Assembly (NCBI GenBank): GCA_951406725.2
Contig: OX597839.1
Span: 1,240,001-1,304,000, forward strand
Direction: 5' to 3'
DNA: 64,000 nucleotides
Origin: Octopus vulgaris
Taxonomy: Eukaryota
This document shows positions 1 through 13,901 of the stretch, piece by piece (positions within the stretch are counted from its first letter, which is position 1; the number at the start of each line of letters is the position of its first letter). The notes under the pieces are model-generated. The model did not search any database and was not told the DNA's origin. It saw only the letters and a list, made by a program, of their open reading frames with translations. The translations under genes were made by a program, and so were the position numbers.

Positions 1-168
1 ACGACGGGCTTCTTTCAGTTTCCGTCTACCAAATCCACTCACAAGGCTTTGGTCGGCCCGAGGCTATAGTAGAAGACACTTGCCCAAGGTGCCACGCAGT
101 GGGACTGAACCCAGAACCATGTGGTTCATAAGCAAGCTACTTACCACACAGCCACTCCTACGCCTATA
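1..168 (-). mobile_element. tRNA-derived SINE head (CORE-type, Octopus OR-like)
   Basis: Minus strand has A box TGGCTGTGTGG, B box GGTTCAGTCCC and CORE-like CCTTGGGCAAGT. Further copies at 29983-30150, 30420-30580, 35627-35755 and 38750-38810. Confidence 0.8.
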
Positions 169-292
169 TAACAATAACTGTTTTTTTACATGGCTTATGC
201 ACATTTTGCTCTTCCCTGCCAATAAATTTGATTTGATTTGCTTTGACACACATACACGTGTATACGTACTTATACGCGTATAGATATGCGTG

Positions 293-342
<50 letters not shown>

Positions 343-354
343 GTACGTGGATAT

Positions 355-985
355 ATTGGGTTATCCCATAAATACTGCGGTTTTTTCAATTGCATCTACT
401 AAAATTCTGAGCCGGAAACTACAGCCAACAAGACGAGATTCATCCTGGAAGATCTGTAGAACTCGACGAGAACATCCTGCAAACGCTGTGGAACAAAATC
501 GCACCGTAAATGTTGAGGAACTAGCAGAGAAGCTTGGATTTGTTCATTCAGCCTTTCTTCGATACCTGCGTAACATCGGAAAAGTCATGAAATTGGGTCA
601 ATGAAGTCCTCGCAAATTTCAGAGTCTGATCGCTCGCTCAGAGTGAATGTGTGCTCTTCTGTGCTGTCAAGTCTCACGAATGGAATTTTTTGAACCGAAT
701 AATGACTGGTAATGAGAAATGAGTTCTCTATAAAAATATCAAGCGCCGAAGCTAGTGGGTAGAGAAAGGAGAAACACCTGCACTCAGGCTAAAGAGGGTC
801 TTCACCTACGTTAGGTGTTGTTATCTGTTTGGTGGGATATGAAAGATTTGGCCCACTTTGAACTTTTAAATTAAAATCAGATGGTAAGAGAGATCTACTT
901 CGAGTAGCTTGTGTGGCTCAAGTCAACGCTATAAGAAAAACTACCATGTTTGGTTTCAAGATGAAAGGTGTTCTTCCAGCGAGGA
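355..985 (+). mobile_element. Decayed mariner transposase fragment
   Basis: HTH-like VEELAEKLG..LRNIGKV.KLG followed by frameshifted RIMTGNEK and LLSVWWD motifs typical of mariner transposases. Confidence 0.75.
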
Positions 986-1524
986 TGACATTCCAAGGGG
1001 TTGGAACAGTTATATAGAAATCTAGATACTTTTCTGTCGCAGTTTTGTAATCATATTGTTGAACTGGTGGACTTAACAGGGAAGAAACTTGGTTGGCGTA
1101 AGTCAGGGAAAGCTTGTGAAATTAAGTTTATCCAAGTAAAATGTGTTGACGCTAGATTGTCTAATTGGGAGCAAACAATTAAGTCATATGAAAAAAGAAA
1201 CCTGAAACAGAAACTAGAGTGAGCTGAGTGGAATGAGACTTAATAGCCTCACATACTAACCTTTTTTAGAGCTTTCGGATTTAAGCACAATATTTGGTTA
1301 TTATGATTTGCGTATTTCACAAACACATCGCCTGTAATATCTACACCTTCAACAATACCAACTTTACCTATGAACTGAACATAAATGTATTAAACAAAGA
1401 TTACAAACATATACATAGATTGGCACGCACACATACTACACAAACACACGTTCGCACGCACACACAAATACACACACACATACACACACACATGCACACA
1501 CACACACACACCCAAACACACACG

Positions 1525-1594
<70 letters not shown>

Positions 1595-1596
1595 TT

Positions 1597-1937
1597 ATTT
1601 CTAAATCTCTGAACGAGAGACATTCAGTAACAGTACTCTAGAGTAATGATTATTTACCAGCATAATATGGCAGTCCTGGTTAGAACGAATGTTACTATTA
1701 TTTAGCCCAAAGAGACATTGTCTTCAGCTGGCTTTCGACGCACTAACTGCGTCCTTGTATTTTCGAACAAGGGAGTTTCATGTCCCCGCTCAACTCTAAA
1801 GCTTTACAGTTGGGTGGGGACACTAAACTCCCTTGCTCGAAAATATAAGGACGAGGTTAGTGCGTCGCTTGCTGGGGTTAAATAACAGAAACATTCGTCC
1901 TAATCAGGACTGACACATTAATTTGGCAAATAATCTT
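1597..1937. repeat. Diverged spacerless palindromic element between (TA)n tracts
   Basis: Arms ~1648-1800 and ~1801-1937 are imperfect reverse complements centred on AAAGCTTT. Confidence 0.8.
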
Positions 1938-2399
1938 ATGTATATATATGTATATATACATGATATATATATATATGCTATGATATGATATATATATATA
2001 TATATAATACATACATATATATACATATATACATGCAGTTAAATACATGCTTGTTCATACAGTGACAAATGGTTTCACTTCCATAAAACACTTAGTTTTA
2101 TAGACCTCTTGTTAGACTCCAATGGCCGTGGATATATAACCACTCTTCAAACAGGTGGTAGAAAATTATTACGGCAAGTAGCATTTCAAATGAGAACGGG
2201 GGTGATAGTTTTGTTCCGATAATGTTCTGGCAGCTACATTATCGGTCACAGTATTAGCAACACCAGCACTAGCGCCAGAGATGACTACTGCAATGGCAAC
2301 AACTACAACAATATCGCTGGGTCCACGGAAACGACTATAGCTCTAACAACAATAAGAACGAAAGCAACAATATAGGTCCGGCACCAACAGCAGATCGAC

Positions 2400-3035
2400 T
2401 AGAGGCGTGAACACGAGCCGGCCAGAACTACTTTTAAGCGAGATATGTACAACCGCAAGCCCACTTTTAAAGTTCCAGTGAGAGGTTACATTACATCCCT
2501 AACCAGCCATGTGTGGTGCCTTAAGGATGAAAGAACTCAACATGAAATTGGATGGAGGATCATAGGGCAACTGGAGTCCTATATAAACAGAAGTGGACGA
2601 CGCAAGCTTTGCATAACAGAGCGGGCAAGGATACTGATCGAAATGCATTGGATCCGGGATCTCTTCTTAAACTCAAGACACAAGATCTATAGTACTTGAT
2701 CCCATTTCAAACGCTACCTCCAACATGCATGGGATTCCACGTAGGTCGATTGGGACTGTACAAAGCACTTGCAAGCTAAAACCAGCTTAAGTGTGAAGAT
2801 TTCCAGTTCGACCTTTGGGTCCATAAGATTTGGTAACTGGACCGCTCCATTAGAGATAACTCGTCCCGTTTTAGGACCCAGACAGTGTATATTATTCGTT
2901 TGTTTACAAATCAACTGACCGTAACATTTTTCTTACCTCTGTTTGAAGAAAGCTCATATGCCCACGGCTATTGCAGTCAGACTAGTCTCCTATAAAGCTA
3001 AGCGCTTTATGGATCCGAAACCCTAGGTCACTCTA
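2400..3035 (+). mobile_element. Penelope-like element 3' remnant (GIY-YIG C-terminus) with degenerate HHR
   Basis: ORF 2445-2699 reads TSLTSHVWCLKD..IGWRII..KLCITE..FLNSR, like the PLE endonuclease C-terminus. Downstream TTGAAGA...GAAA-ccctagg-TC at ~2943-3030. Confidence 0.65.
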
Positions 3036-3539
3036 TGACCGGAAATATGTTTAACTTGATATAGACGCATTACATTTTTTTTCTTTTTCGGATATAGGAT
3101 CCTCTGCCAACACACACACACACACAAACACACACACATACACACACACACATACACACACACACACACATATGTGAGCCTGTTTGTTTGTGTGTATGTG
3201 TATGCGTAAAGAATTGAAACGTATATTTTTATCAAATGAACGTGGGAGAGACAATTCAAAATATGTAATATTATACTTTGTGTAAGCTGATTTTTCATAT
3301 GTATTACCGATGGCAATGGAAGGACAGATACACCGAGTTATAAAATTTCTTCCCTGATGGTCAAGATGACATGAAATTCAAATTTTGAAAATGGAATTCA
3401 GTTTATATTGGATTGACCAAAAATTTGTTCAGTTTTTGTTGTCACTAAACTTTCAGCATTCTTAAGTAGTAACTAACTTCGTTCTGTCCCATGCGCATGC
3501 AAACGCGTTAGATACTTGACACTTGAACATAATTCGACT

Positions 3540-3785
3540 TATATTTGTGATGAGACTGATTGTCTTGGACGAATAAGGGAGATTTGAAAAAAGAGACGAA
3601 ATTTCGTGTCTGTGCAAGCATTAAGAACTATTTCGTAAAATTCCATATTGACAAAACAATCGAGTCGCCATTCTGCAGAATGTATGGTAAGTTTGGAGAA
3701 ACCACAAGCCACATTGTATGTGAATATAACTCTTTGGTACAGCAGAAAAACAAGAGACGACATGAGAATGTTGATCGAAAAGCTT
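3540..3785 (+). mobile_element. R4/Dong-like LINE fragment (CCHC region)
   Basis: CRMYGKFGETTSHIVCE..KRRHENV parallels the CCHC/RHD region of ORFs 14906-15760 and 60995-61933. Confidence 0.6.
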
Positions 3786-4524
3786 AGCGGCATTTCGTCT
3801 GTCTTTTCGTTCTTAGTTTGCCTTTTATCGTTCCGGGGTCGATAAAGAGATACTAGCTGAGTTCTGGGGTCGAGGTAATCTACTCTTCTCCTACCCTAAA
3901 TTACAGGCCTTGTACCAATAGTGGAAATGATTATTATTATTATTATTATTGCATGAATTACATCAATTAACAGAGATCAAATAGCATAATGCAAAAAGAG
4001 AGAGAAGCCAACACCTACGAATTCCATATCAAGGCACCATCCTCCATGTCCTTCTTGTAACATCCTTAATGAACTTATGTCACCGGACATTGTTACACGA
4101 TCACCTGATCTGAATCTTGACTGGAGTGCACCCATTACTCCCATTAAATCAAATTCACCTGATCCGACTGTTGACTCGGCTGCACCCATTGTTTCCGTAA
4201 ATTCCAATTCACCTGAAACCATAAGAATATATATATATATATATATATAGAAATTTAGCAATTAAGGACAACTACTTAATAAGGAAAACTTAATAAGAAA
4301 TTGTCAGGTAGATAGCGTGAAAACCTCATAAGAGAAAAAATTTCGAAAATAATTATTTCTTATTGAACATATTAATTTATATATAGAGGGCATTATACAT
4401 ACATGCCAGAAGGCATTATACATACATGCCACACGCTAAGAGGGACAATTAGTCATTTCTACCAAAAATATTACTAATCCCACCGAATGCAATTTTTCAA
4501 AGTAAGACATTTAAAAAATATAGA

Positions 4525-4566
4525 CCTGTATCACAGTGATTTCATACTTACGTATTCATCAGCAGG
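4525..4566 (-). ncRNA. Type I hammerhead ribozyme (family A)
   Basis: Reverse complement of CCTG-CTGATGA-ATAC-GTAA-GTAT-GAAA-TCAC-T-GTGA-TA-CAGG. Confidence 0.85.
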
Positions 4567-4915
4567 CCTGAATGTATTATAAATAAACAACGACCCTGCC
4601 CCGCTTAAGCCGATCAGCTAATTGATCAACATCAACGAAGCACATGGGTGAGTTTACATATATTACATCCGGATAAATGGCAAACTTTTACGAATTGACA
4701 ATTTCTTATTAAGTTTTCCTTATTAAGTAGTTGTCCTTAATTGCTAAATTTTTATTCTGAAAAAACTTTTCCTCTCCCGAAATGCAATTCGTAAAAGTTT
4801 GCCATTTATCCGGATGTAATATATGTAAACTCACCCATGTGCTTCGTTGATGTTGATCAGTTAGCTGATCGGCTTAAGCGGGGCAGGGTCGTTGTTTATT
4901 TATAATACATTCAGG

Positions 4916-4957
4916 CCTGCTGATGAATACGTAAGTATGAAATCACTGTGATACAGG
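4916..4957 (+). ncRNA. Type I hammerhead ribozyme (family A)
   Basis: Helix I CCTG/CAGG, CUGAUGA, helix II ATAC/GTAT with GUAA loop, GAAA, helix III TCAC/GTGA, AUA cleavage triplet. Confidence 0.85.
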
Positions 4958-5207
4958 TCTATATTTTTTAAATGTCTTACTTTGAAAAATTGCATTCGGT
5001 GGGATTAGTAATATTTTTGGTAGAAATGACTAATTGTCCCTCTTAGCGTGTGGCATGTATGTATAATGCCTTCTGGCATGTATGTATAATGCCCTCTATA
5101 TATAAATTTATATATATATATATATATACATACAGATAGAGTTTGATAGCTAGACAGGCAGTCAAATATATAGACAGATAGCTAGCTAGCTACCTAGATA
5201 GATAGAT

Positions 5208-5216
5208 TTATATATG

Positions 5217-5268
<52 letters not shown>

Positions 5269-5303
5269 GAGAGAGAGAGTGAGAGAGATAAATAGATAGA
5301 TAA

Positions 5304-5356
<53 letters not shown>

Positions 5357-5361
5357 CAGAC

Positions 5362-5408
<47 letters not shown>

Positions 5409-5433
5409 CAGATAGATAGACAGACAGATAGAC

Positions 5434-5493
<60 letters not shown>

Positions 5494-5519
5494 TGACAGA
5501 CAGATAGATAGATAGATAT

Positions 5520-5595
<76 letters not shown>

Positions 5596-5600
5596 ATAGA
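5208..5600. repeat. (TA)n-(GA)n-(GATA)n compound microsatellite
   Basis: Read directly. Similar GATA/ATCT tracts at 16860-16935, 17510-17672, 39183-39298 and 59569-59630. Confidence 0.95.
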
Positions 5601-5739
5601 TGTTGATGATGGATATAAGACTCTTTCCTGTCTACAAAGACGCAAGAATACTCGCATACACAATATACTTGCTTTGATTCTCACCTCATGAAAATAATTC
5701 CATCAAGATCAAAAGTGTGACAACAGAAATAACAAATGG

Positions 5740-6240
5740 TTACGTGCAGATCTTTCCGATGGCGTCAGATTGATGCACGCTAAGTTTCCCGCAAATGTGA
5801 TGTATTTAGGGGACGTGATTATGAGAGGTCATGTTAAAACACACATTTCCACAGGGCCTTACAATTTGAGCTTTTGGGGAATATTGTTGAGCCTTGGAGG
5901 GAAGAAGTGCGAAGAGGATAACTATACAAAATCAGAATTTTCTCAAAACATTCAGGTAACTCAATAATGGAGGTCATAAATTATTTCCAATCATATAACA
6001 CCAAACATCTGACCTCTAAGAGCCATCAGATTTCAATCCCAAGGGCTTCTTGTCGAATCTTCACAATACCGCAAATTCCATAAAGATCAACATTGTCCAC
6101 GAGATACCTGAAATCAATAATGGCAATACAGCCCAAACTCTTCAAATAATCCTTTGCATTGCAACAGCCATTGAAGCTGAAGGTGGATTCATTCAATGAT
6201 CTTATCGAAAGGATATGCACAACCTTTTTCTATTATAACA
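5740..6240 (+). mobile_element. Decayed Tc1/mariner (maT-like) transposase fragment
   Basis: AKFPANVMYLGDV..GHV and a later degenerate WP..SPD.NP-like motif; frameshifted. Confidence 0.45.
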
Positions 6241-6516
6241 TTTGATTACTGTAGATTAGAGCTGTTGTATTAAATTACCAAGTATTTCTTGAAATATCTG
6301 TTGCATACCATATACATATATATATATATATATATATATCTTTGCATGTAAGTATGTGTTTATATATGTATATATATGTGTGTATATATATATATTTATG
6401 TATATATACATGTGCATATGTATATATGTGTATATATGTATATATATATATATGTATATATATATGTATATATATATATGTATATATGTGTATATATAAT
6501 ATATATATATATATAT

Positions 6517-8058
6517 TGTTGTTGGCATCCTTTTTGTCTCGGGAGACAATGGAGTTGCGCATAAAGTAGTCTAGTCCGGCTTTTACATTTCATGTCCTGA
6601 TACATTTCCTGCTGTGGCTGTGTAGTCCTATCCTGGACAAACACTCCCTCTGGCAGGTACCGCAAATGTAGCGAATACTGTTCCTGACTGGTTGTAATGC
6701 CATAGTTTCTTGTTGACGTATTTTCTTGTCTTTCCATTTCTCCTCTCTCTCTCTCTCTGTCACTCCTTTGTATTCCCTCTTTTACGGTACGTCGCCAGTC
6801 TCCACGGTTGCCGGCAACTGCCTCTAAACCGCTGATATTGATGTTGCAGGCCTTCATATACCTTTTGCAAACATCCTTGTAACGTAAGAACGGTCTACCC
6901 ACAGACCTAGTACCCCTAGCAAGCTCTCCGTAGAGTATGTCCTTGGGGATTCTGCCATCTTTCATACGGCTAACATGCCCAAGCCATCTCATACGTCTTT
7001 GTGTGAGGAGTGCAAACATGCTTGGTATTCCTGCTTGCCTGAGGACATCTTTGTTAATGGTATGATTCTGCCATTTGATGCGGAGGATTTTCCGGAGGCA
7101 GCGCAGGTGAAAGATGTTTAGGCGACGTTCTTGGCGTGTGTATAGCGTCCAAGTCTCACTTCCATACATGCCTGGTAGATCTTCATTTTCGTGGTCTTGG
7201 TCAGCTTATTGTTGTCCCAAGCTCGTTTGGAGAGTTGGGCCATCGCAGAAGCTACCTTGCCAATGCGTATATTGAGCTCAGCGTCAAAGGATAGGTTGTA
7301 GGTGACGGTAGAGCCAAGATAGGTAAACTTCTCCACCTCTTGTAATCTGTGGTCTCCAATATGTATGTTTGGGATGTCCGTTGTAACCTGACCCATGATG
7401 TTGGTCTTCTTAAGGCTGATAGCTAAGCCAAATTCGTTACATGCTTGCTCAAAACAGTTAATGAGTCTTTGGAGGGCTTCTTCTGTGTGTGATACCAGAG
7501 CGGCATCATCAGAAAATAGCATCTCCTTGATCAGGACGTTTCTGATTTTGGTCTTGGCACGCAGGCGCCAGAGATTGAACAGTTTCCCGTAACTTCTACT
7601 GTGCAGAAACACTCCATCATCTGATGTCTGAAAGGCATGTGAGAGTAAGAGCGAGAAGAAGATGCCAAACAATGTAGGAGCAAGGACACAACCTTGCTTT
7701 ACCCCGTTTTTTTATTTGGAAGGCGGCTGATGTTGAACCGTTGTGCTGTATGGTGCCTTACATGTCATCATGGAAAGACTTGATGATCCTCAGCAGCTTT
7801 GGTGGACATCCGATTTTTGGAGCAGGATGAAGAGGCCTGTTCTGCTTACCGAGTCAAAGGCCTTTGTTAGATCAATGAAGGCCATACATAATGGCATTTT
7901 CTGCTCTCTGGACTCCTCCTGAAGTTGGCGTATGGAGAATATCATATCGATAGTTGATCTGCTTCTTCTAAAGCCACACTGCGATTCCGGATAGATTCGA
8001 GAAGCAAATAGTTGTAGCCAGGCCAGGTTAACGCGGGCAAAGGTCTTTCCAACAGTGC
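6517..8058 (-). mobile_element. 5'-truncated RTE-clade LINE (reverse transcriptase, frameshifted)
   Basis: ORFs 7790-8122 (PESQCGFR..STIDMIFSIRQLQE..FIDLTKAFDSV), 7118-7672 (LFSDD, FTYLGS) and 6396-7169 (YGSETW..RWLGHVSRM). (CAA)n-like tail at ~6517-6525. Confidence 0.9.
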
Positions 8059-8123
8059 TTATATATATATATATGTATGTAGGCATGCATATATATATAT
8101 ATATATATATATATTCATACATA

Positions 8124-9147
8124 TTCAGGGTGGCCTAAAAGTCACTGAGGAATTGCAATATTTTAGAATTCTTTCAATTTTTAAAACTTTTTTCTGTTCT
8201 TTTCAGGGATTCCATGGACTACGTTCTGAAAATTAGTTATAGAAATGTATGGCACCGCACAGCACACCCAAGTGGTGAAACCGTTTTTCTACACAAGGTG
8301 CAGTCGGTTCAACAGCTGAAGCCTGAGAATTATGGATACAGGCGGTGGGAATCCAGAAATTGGCACGAAATGACCCAACTTTTACACAAATATTGATCAT
8401 GTCTGATGAAGTTCACTTTCATTTGATTGGGTTCATAAACAGTCAAAATTGCCTGGTTGGGGGAATATGAGAATCCAAGAGCAGAACATCAAAGAGAGCT
8501 TCATTCCATTAAATGTACAGTTTGGTGTGCAATTACAATGGATGAGATAATCGTGCTTTATTTATTTGAGGACGATGATAGGAATACTATCACTGTGACT
8601 GGTGAGAGGTACAGTTCCATGATGGAGAACTTTTTGTCAACGATCATTCAAAATAGGCCGGATATGTGATTCTATGAAGAAAGGCTAAGTGATCATAAAG
8701 CAAGAGAAACAATAAGATTGCTGAAACAATGTTTTGAGAAAGAATCATCCCTAGCTATTCCGATGACAACTGACCATCGCTTTCCCACGACTTGACCAGC
8801 AGTGAAATTTTCCTTTGAGGATACTGCAAGGAGTTGATTTATGCCAACAGACAAGAAACCCCGAGCAATCGAAGAAGAATATCCCTCGAGAGATCAGGAA
8901 ACTGGACCCTGAACTACAACTGACATGGAACATTTTTTGAAAAAAGTACTGGTGTGCGATGCTGAAAATGGAGGACATTAAAAAAGATGTCATACTTCAT
9001 ACGTAATGCAAAGGTGTGAAGAAAAGTGCTAATGCAAAGTAACCTAAATTGCCTTCTCTATGTTGAACTAAAATTTCATACACATGCTAGTTGAAATAAG
9101 GGAGTTATTAAATATTGAAACACTCGGTAACGTCTGGCCAACATGTA
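8124..9147 (+). mobile_element. Decayed Tc1/mariner-superfamily DNA transposon (rosa/DD41D-like motifs)
   Basis: MSDEVHFHL..NSQNC..ENP..LHSIKCTVWC..TVTGERY. Left end CAGGGTGGCC and a diverged inverted copy near 9120-9147. The left end is also duplicated at 13159-13280. Confidence 0.7.
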
Positions 9148-9764
9148 AATGTATACGTATAAGGTGTGTTCGTCAGGATTATTCAAACTAGCAGGTATGC
9201 GTCGTGAATGTTGAAATAGGTGTGTAACTTTTGCATGCTTTCACTAATAGTTTCATATTTTCACTAGGTTAACCTATAAATGCGTGTGTGTGTGTGTGTG
9301 TTTATAGGCACATATAAAAATGATCTCTAGAATTATAAAAGCTATTATGAAGCTATTATAGGAAATTACCTTAGTTGTAGATATAGAGATGTGTTGTGTT
9401 GCCTGGAAATTTGGTTCTCATCACGACAGAGCTTTAAATCAGTTACAGAAATGAATGCCTCTCAAATTTGCGTCAGAATATATAGCTCTCTCTTTGCATG
9501 CCAACTTACCTGTGTTTCTACGAATGAGGATGCGATTTATAAGTAAGAGAAAGTGAAGGAGGTAGAGGTGGAAAGTTTGTTGTTTGTTTCTTACTATTTC
9601 CGTCTTCATGCATTGATTTTGCTTTTAACTAGTAGTGGTCGTTTAGTTATCGTGGGCGTGTGACTACTATGGCAACACGTATGATATAATTTGATCTAGA
9701 AATAGTGTTTTTGCGCAGTATATTTCTATATTCTGTAGACCATATATATATGTATATACATATA

Positions 9765-11047
9765 TATTATATTAAATTAGAGATAAAACCACTATTAGGC
9801 AAATCAAACAATGAAAAACATAAGCCAATACATAAAATTAATTAAGATAAGTATTTATTTATATTTAACATCTTCAAATTGTAAATTTAATATTGTATAA
9901 GTCTTTGGTGTAATAATATTTTCCTTATGTAAATATCGTTGTTTATGTAATGATTTAATTATCGTAATTTTCTATATTATTAGATATTAAATTTAAGTTT
10001 ATTCGTAAGATACTACTTAGCGATAGATTTGTTATTTAATAGCAAGCATACGAGGTGTATTAAGTTAGGCTTTTCTATATACATGTTTTAATAGTATTAA
10101 TTGTAGTTTTAAATTTATAATTAAATTAGATAAACTTTGATAAACTTATATATGTTTCGACTAAAATTGGTCCAGGCCATGTCTAATTTAATAGCATAAC
10201 TTAGTTATTTCTTTAAATTGATGTTCGCTAGTTATTCCCATTGATAATTATATTTATAGTATTTATTCGATACTATATTACTACGAATTGATTATTTCTA
10301 TAAGTATTTTACATAAGATTTCCGAAAGTTCGTTTAAGTTTGTTTATTTGTATTTTGAAATTAGCTATTTCATCTTTAAATATGAAAAGTTAATTTATTA
10401 GGTTTTTATTTTATGTGCATATATATTTATTTATAGAGATTATTTTAGATCTTAATATTTATATACACTTATATATATTCATTGATAATTTATATATATT
10501 AGTCATTTTTAAATGTTTATGTAATTAGATATAGACTAATACCGATATTAGATTATTGGTGGGTTTCCTACATTATAAAATAAAATTAATTTTTAACATT
10601 ATAGTAGATTTTGATATAATCATAATTGTTAAGTTTTGTTTCTACTTTGATAATAGAGTTTATTATAAGTAAAATTATTATATTATTTATATCTTAAAAA
10701 TAATGTTTAAATATTTCTGATTATATTTTAGATATTTCAATTCACCTGAAGATTGACTGTAACCATAACTCGAATTATTACGAATTGTACAGCCATGAAA
10801 CGATCGTAGTGTTTTACTCTTTATCATTTATCAAACTTATAATACTTTTGATATATTTTAAAAATAATATAAATTAATTAATTTTATGTATTGGCTTATG
10901 TTTTTCATTGTTTGATTTGCCTAATAGTGGTTTTATCTCTAATTTAATATAATATAATATAATATAATATATTTATACTATAAAATTGGATTTAATCCTA
11001 AATCTGATTTTCCCCTGTAAGTTTGGATTGATTTCCTAATACTTTAT

Positions 11048-11050
<3 letters not shown>
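9765..11050 (+). mobile_element. AT-rich PLE-like element with inverted ends and HHR
   Basis: ~9765-9845 is the reverse complement of ~10874-10950. HHR at 10743-10811. Absent from the paralogous site at ~13735-13780. Confidence 0.7.
10743..10811 (+). ncRNA. Type I hammerhead ribozyme motif (family C, slightly degenerate)
   Basis: CAC-CTGAAGA-tTGACTGTA..TACAGCCAt-GAAA-CGATCG-TA-GTG. Palindromic helix III, GUA triplet; first helix II pair mismatched. Confidence 0.7.
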
Positions 11051-11111
<61 letters not shown>

Positions 11112-11212
11112 AGTGTGTATACTCTTTACGCATGCGCACATATATGCACATATATATATACAGGCATACTTAGACACGTAAATATCCATACATGCATACA
11201 TAGATACATACG

Positions 11213-11440
<228 letters not shown>

Positions 11441-11488
11441 TTTTTAGGATAGTATCCCGCGCTCTTAACCACTACGCTATATGCCCAG

Positions 11489-11531
11489 CACAGCTGATGA
11501 AGGCTGGAAGTAAACCAGCCAAAACGTTGTG
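11489..11531 (+). ncRNA. Degenerate minimal HHR motif next to a minus-strand tRNA-like head
   Basis: CTGATGA-a-GGCTGG..CCAGCC-AAAA-CG-TT-GTG; GAAA is mutated to AAAA. Confidence 0.5.
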
Positions 11532-12209
11532 GTAAAAAACAAACAAGATGAGGACACATATCCGTCCAATGTAAATAATATATAAGTAGCGTACAGAATT
11601 ATTCATCTCTTCATAGAAAATTTGAAATGAAATAAATTTTTTTTCCTTAATCTTAATCTCGTATTTCTTCACATAGATTGACAAAAATAATCGAAAAAAA
11701 GTAAAAAAACTAAAAATTTAGGGTGAGGGAGGTAATTAAAAATTTTGAAAACATGGCGTTTTTCATATTCGGAATGTCCGTCATCGAAAACATATGAATC
11801 CACTGAAAAAAAAACTCAGAATGATCGTATAGGAGAAGCTGCAGCCCCCGATATGAGTACAGGCCATAATTTGTGTAAAAGTGAAACAATAATGTATCAC
11901 TGAAAAAACCCGGAAGTCAAAAGTGAAAGAATAAAAGCGAAACAATATTGTTATCAAAAGTGAAAGAATAATACCGCTGAAAAAAATCACAAGGATCATA
12001 TAGGAAGGAGAGTGTGCAGCCAAAAGTGTTGGCAAGGGCCAAAATTTCATTCCCCGAGAATCTTCCCCGAGTAATGAAGAACTTTCGTACACACTAATCC
12101 AGCGATTTCACTGTGCATAAAGAAAGCACGCACCCACCCACACTCAGACAATTTTATCGATATAGATATATACACGTATATATATATACGTATATATGTA
12201 CATTCATAT

Positions 12210-12279
<70 letters not shown>

Positions 12280-12389
12280 ACATATACTCATAAATATATA
12301 TATATATATGCATCTATGCAAATAATGTATCAATATATATGTATGTAAATAATGTATATATATACATACATACATATATCTATCTATCA

Positions 12390-12438
<49 letters not shown>

Positions 12439-12692
12439 CTATTTTTCGAGGTTGCGATGCAGTTGTAGGATATTATGTTGTTATGTAGGCACACAGCTAA
12501 GAAATCCTTGCATTTCATAGCATACACATTTGCAAACTAATGATGTTCGTAGCATAACCCTTGTTTTTACTATGATATCCATTTGACTTATTGCCGCTCT
12601 ATATTCACATGACACTTTATTCTGGAACATACATATATTGAGTTAACACTAGATCACTAGATTATTAATCTCACAATTCCTACGCGAAATAT

Positions 12693-12746
<54 letters not shown>

Positions 12747-13043
12747 AGAATTCGCAAAATAAAACAAAAGATGAAGACAGGTTGTGTAGATGTATTAGTT
12801 TAACAGATGTATTAGTTGAACGCTCGGGAAGTGAAAAAGTGTTTAACGTTTCGGGCCTACGCTCTTCCACAGAAAGGAACACAAAATGAAACAAGGAGTG
12901 AAAATAAAAAATATTTCGTGTCTAGCGATCTACACACACATATAGGTATATATATGTGTGTGAGTGTGTATGTGTATGCATACATATATATATATATATA
13001 TAGGTGCATATGTATATATATATATGTGCGATATATTTATATC

Positions 13044-13078
<35 letters not shown>

Positions 13079-13732
13079 ATATATATATGCATATGTATAT
13101 TTATATGTATATATATATGTATGTATGTAGACATGCATATATATATATTTATACATATTCAGGGTGGCCTGAAAGTCACTGAGTAATTGCAATTTTTTAG
13201 AATTCTTTCATTTTCTAAAAAAATTTTCTGTTCTTCTCGGGGGTTCCATGGACTACGTTCTGAAAATTAGTTATTGAAATGTGTGTGTGTGTGTATAGGC
13301 ACATATTAAAATGATCTCTAAAATTATAAAAGGTGTTATGAAGCTATTATAGGAAATTACCTTAATTGTAGATATAGAGATGTGTTGTGTTGCCTGGAAA
13401 TTTGGTTCTCATCACGACAGAGCTTTAAATCAGTTACAGAAATGAATGCCTCTCAAATTTGCGTCAGAATATATAGCTCTCTCTTTGCATGCCAACTTAC
13501 CTGTGTTTCTACGAATGAGGATGCGATTTATAAGTAAGAGAAAGTGAAAGAGGCGGAGGTGGAAAGTTTCTTGTTTGTTTCTTACTATTTTCTTCTTCAT
13601 GCATTGATTTTGCTTTTAACTAGTAGTGGTCGTTTAGTTATCGTGAGCGTGTGACTACTATGGCAACACGTATGATATAATTTGATCTAGAAATAGTGTT
13701 TTTGCGCAGTATATTTCTATATTCTGTAGACC

Positions 13733-13763
<31 letters not shown>

Positions 13764-13850
13764 TATATACATACATACATGCATACTTAGACACGTAAAT
13801 ATCCATACATGCATACATAGATACATACATATTTATTATTATTATTATTA

Positions 13851-13899
<49 letters not shown>

Positions 13900-13901
<2 letters not shown>

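Larger units (their letters stand above)
4251..5108. mobile_element. HHR repeat family A: inverted pair of partial 481-bp units
   Basis: Minus copy ~4251-4698 joined to plus copy ~4696-5108. Near-identical to the 31309-33788 array and flanked by (TA)n. Confidence 0.9.

Noticed and set aside
1-168. Functional tRNA gene
   Set aside because: A and B boxes are present but there is no full cloverleaf; multicopy SINE head.
3977-4261. 94-aa ORF with short internal repeats
   Set aside because: Starts in a TA microsatellite and has no recognisable domain.
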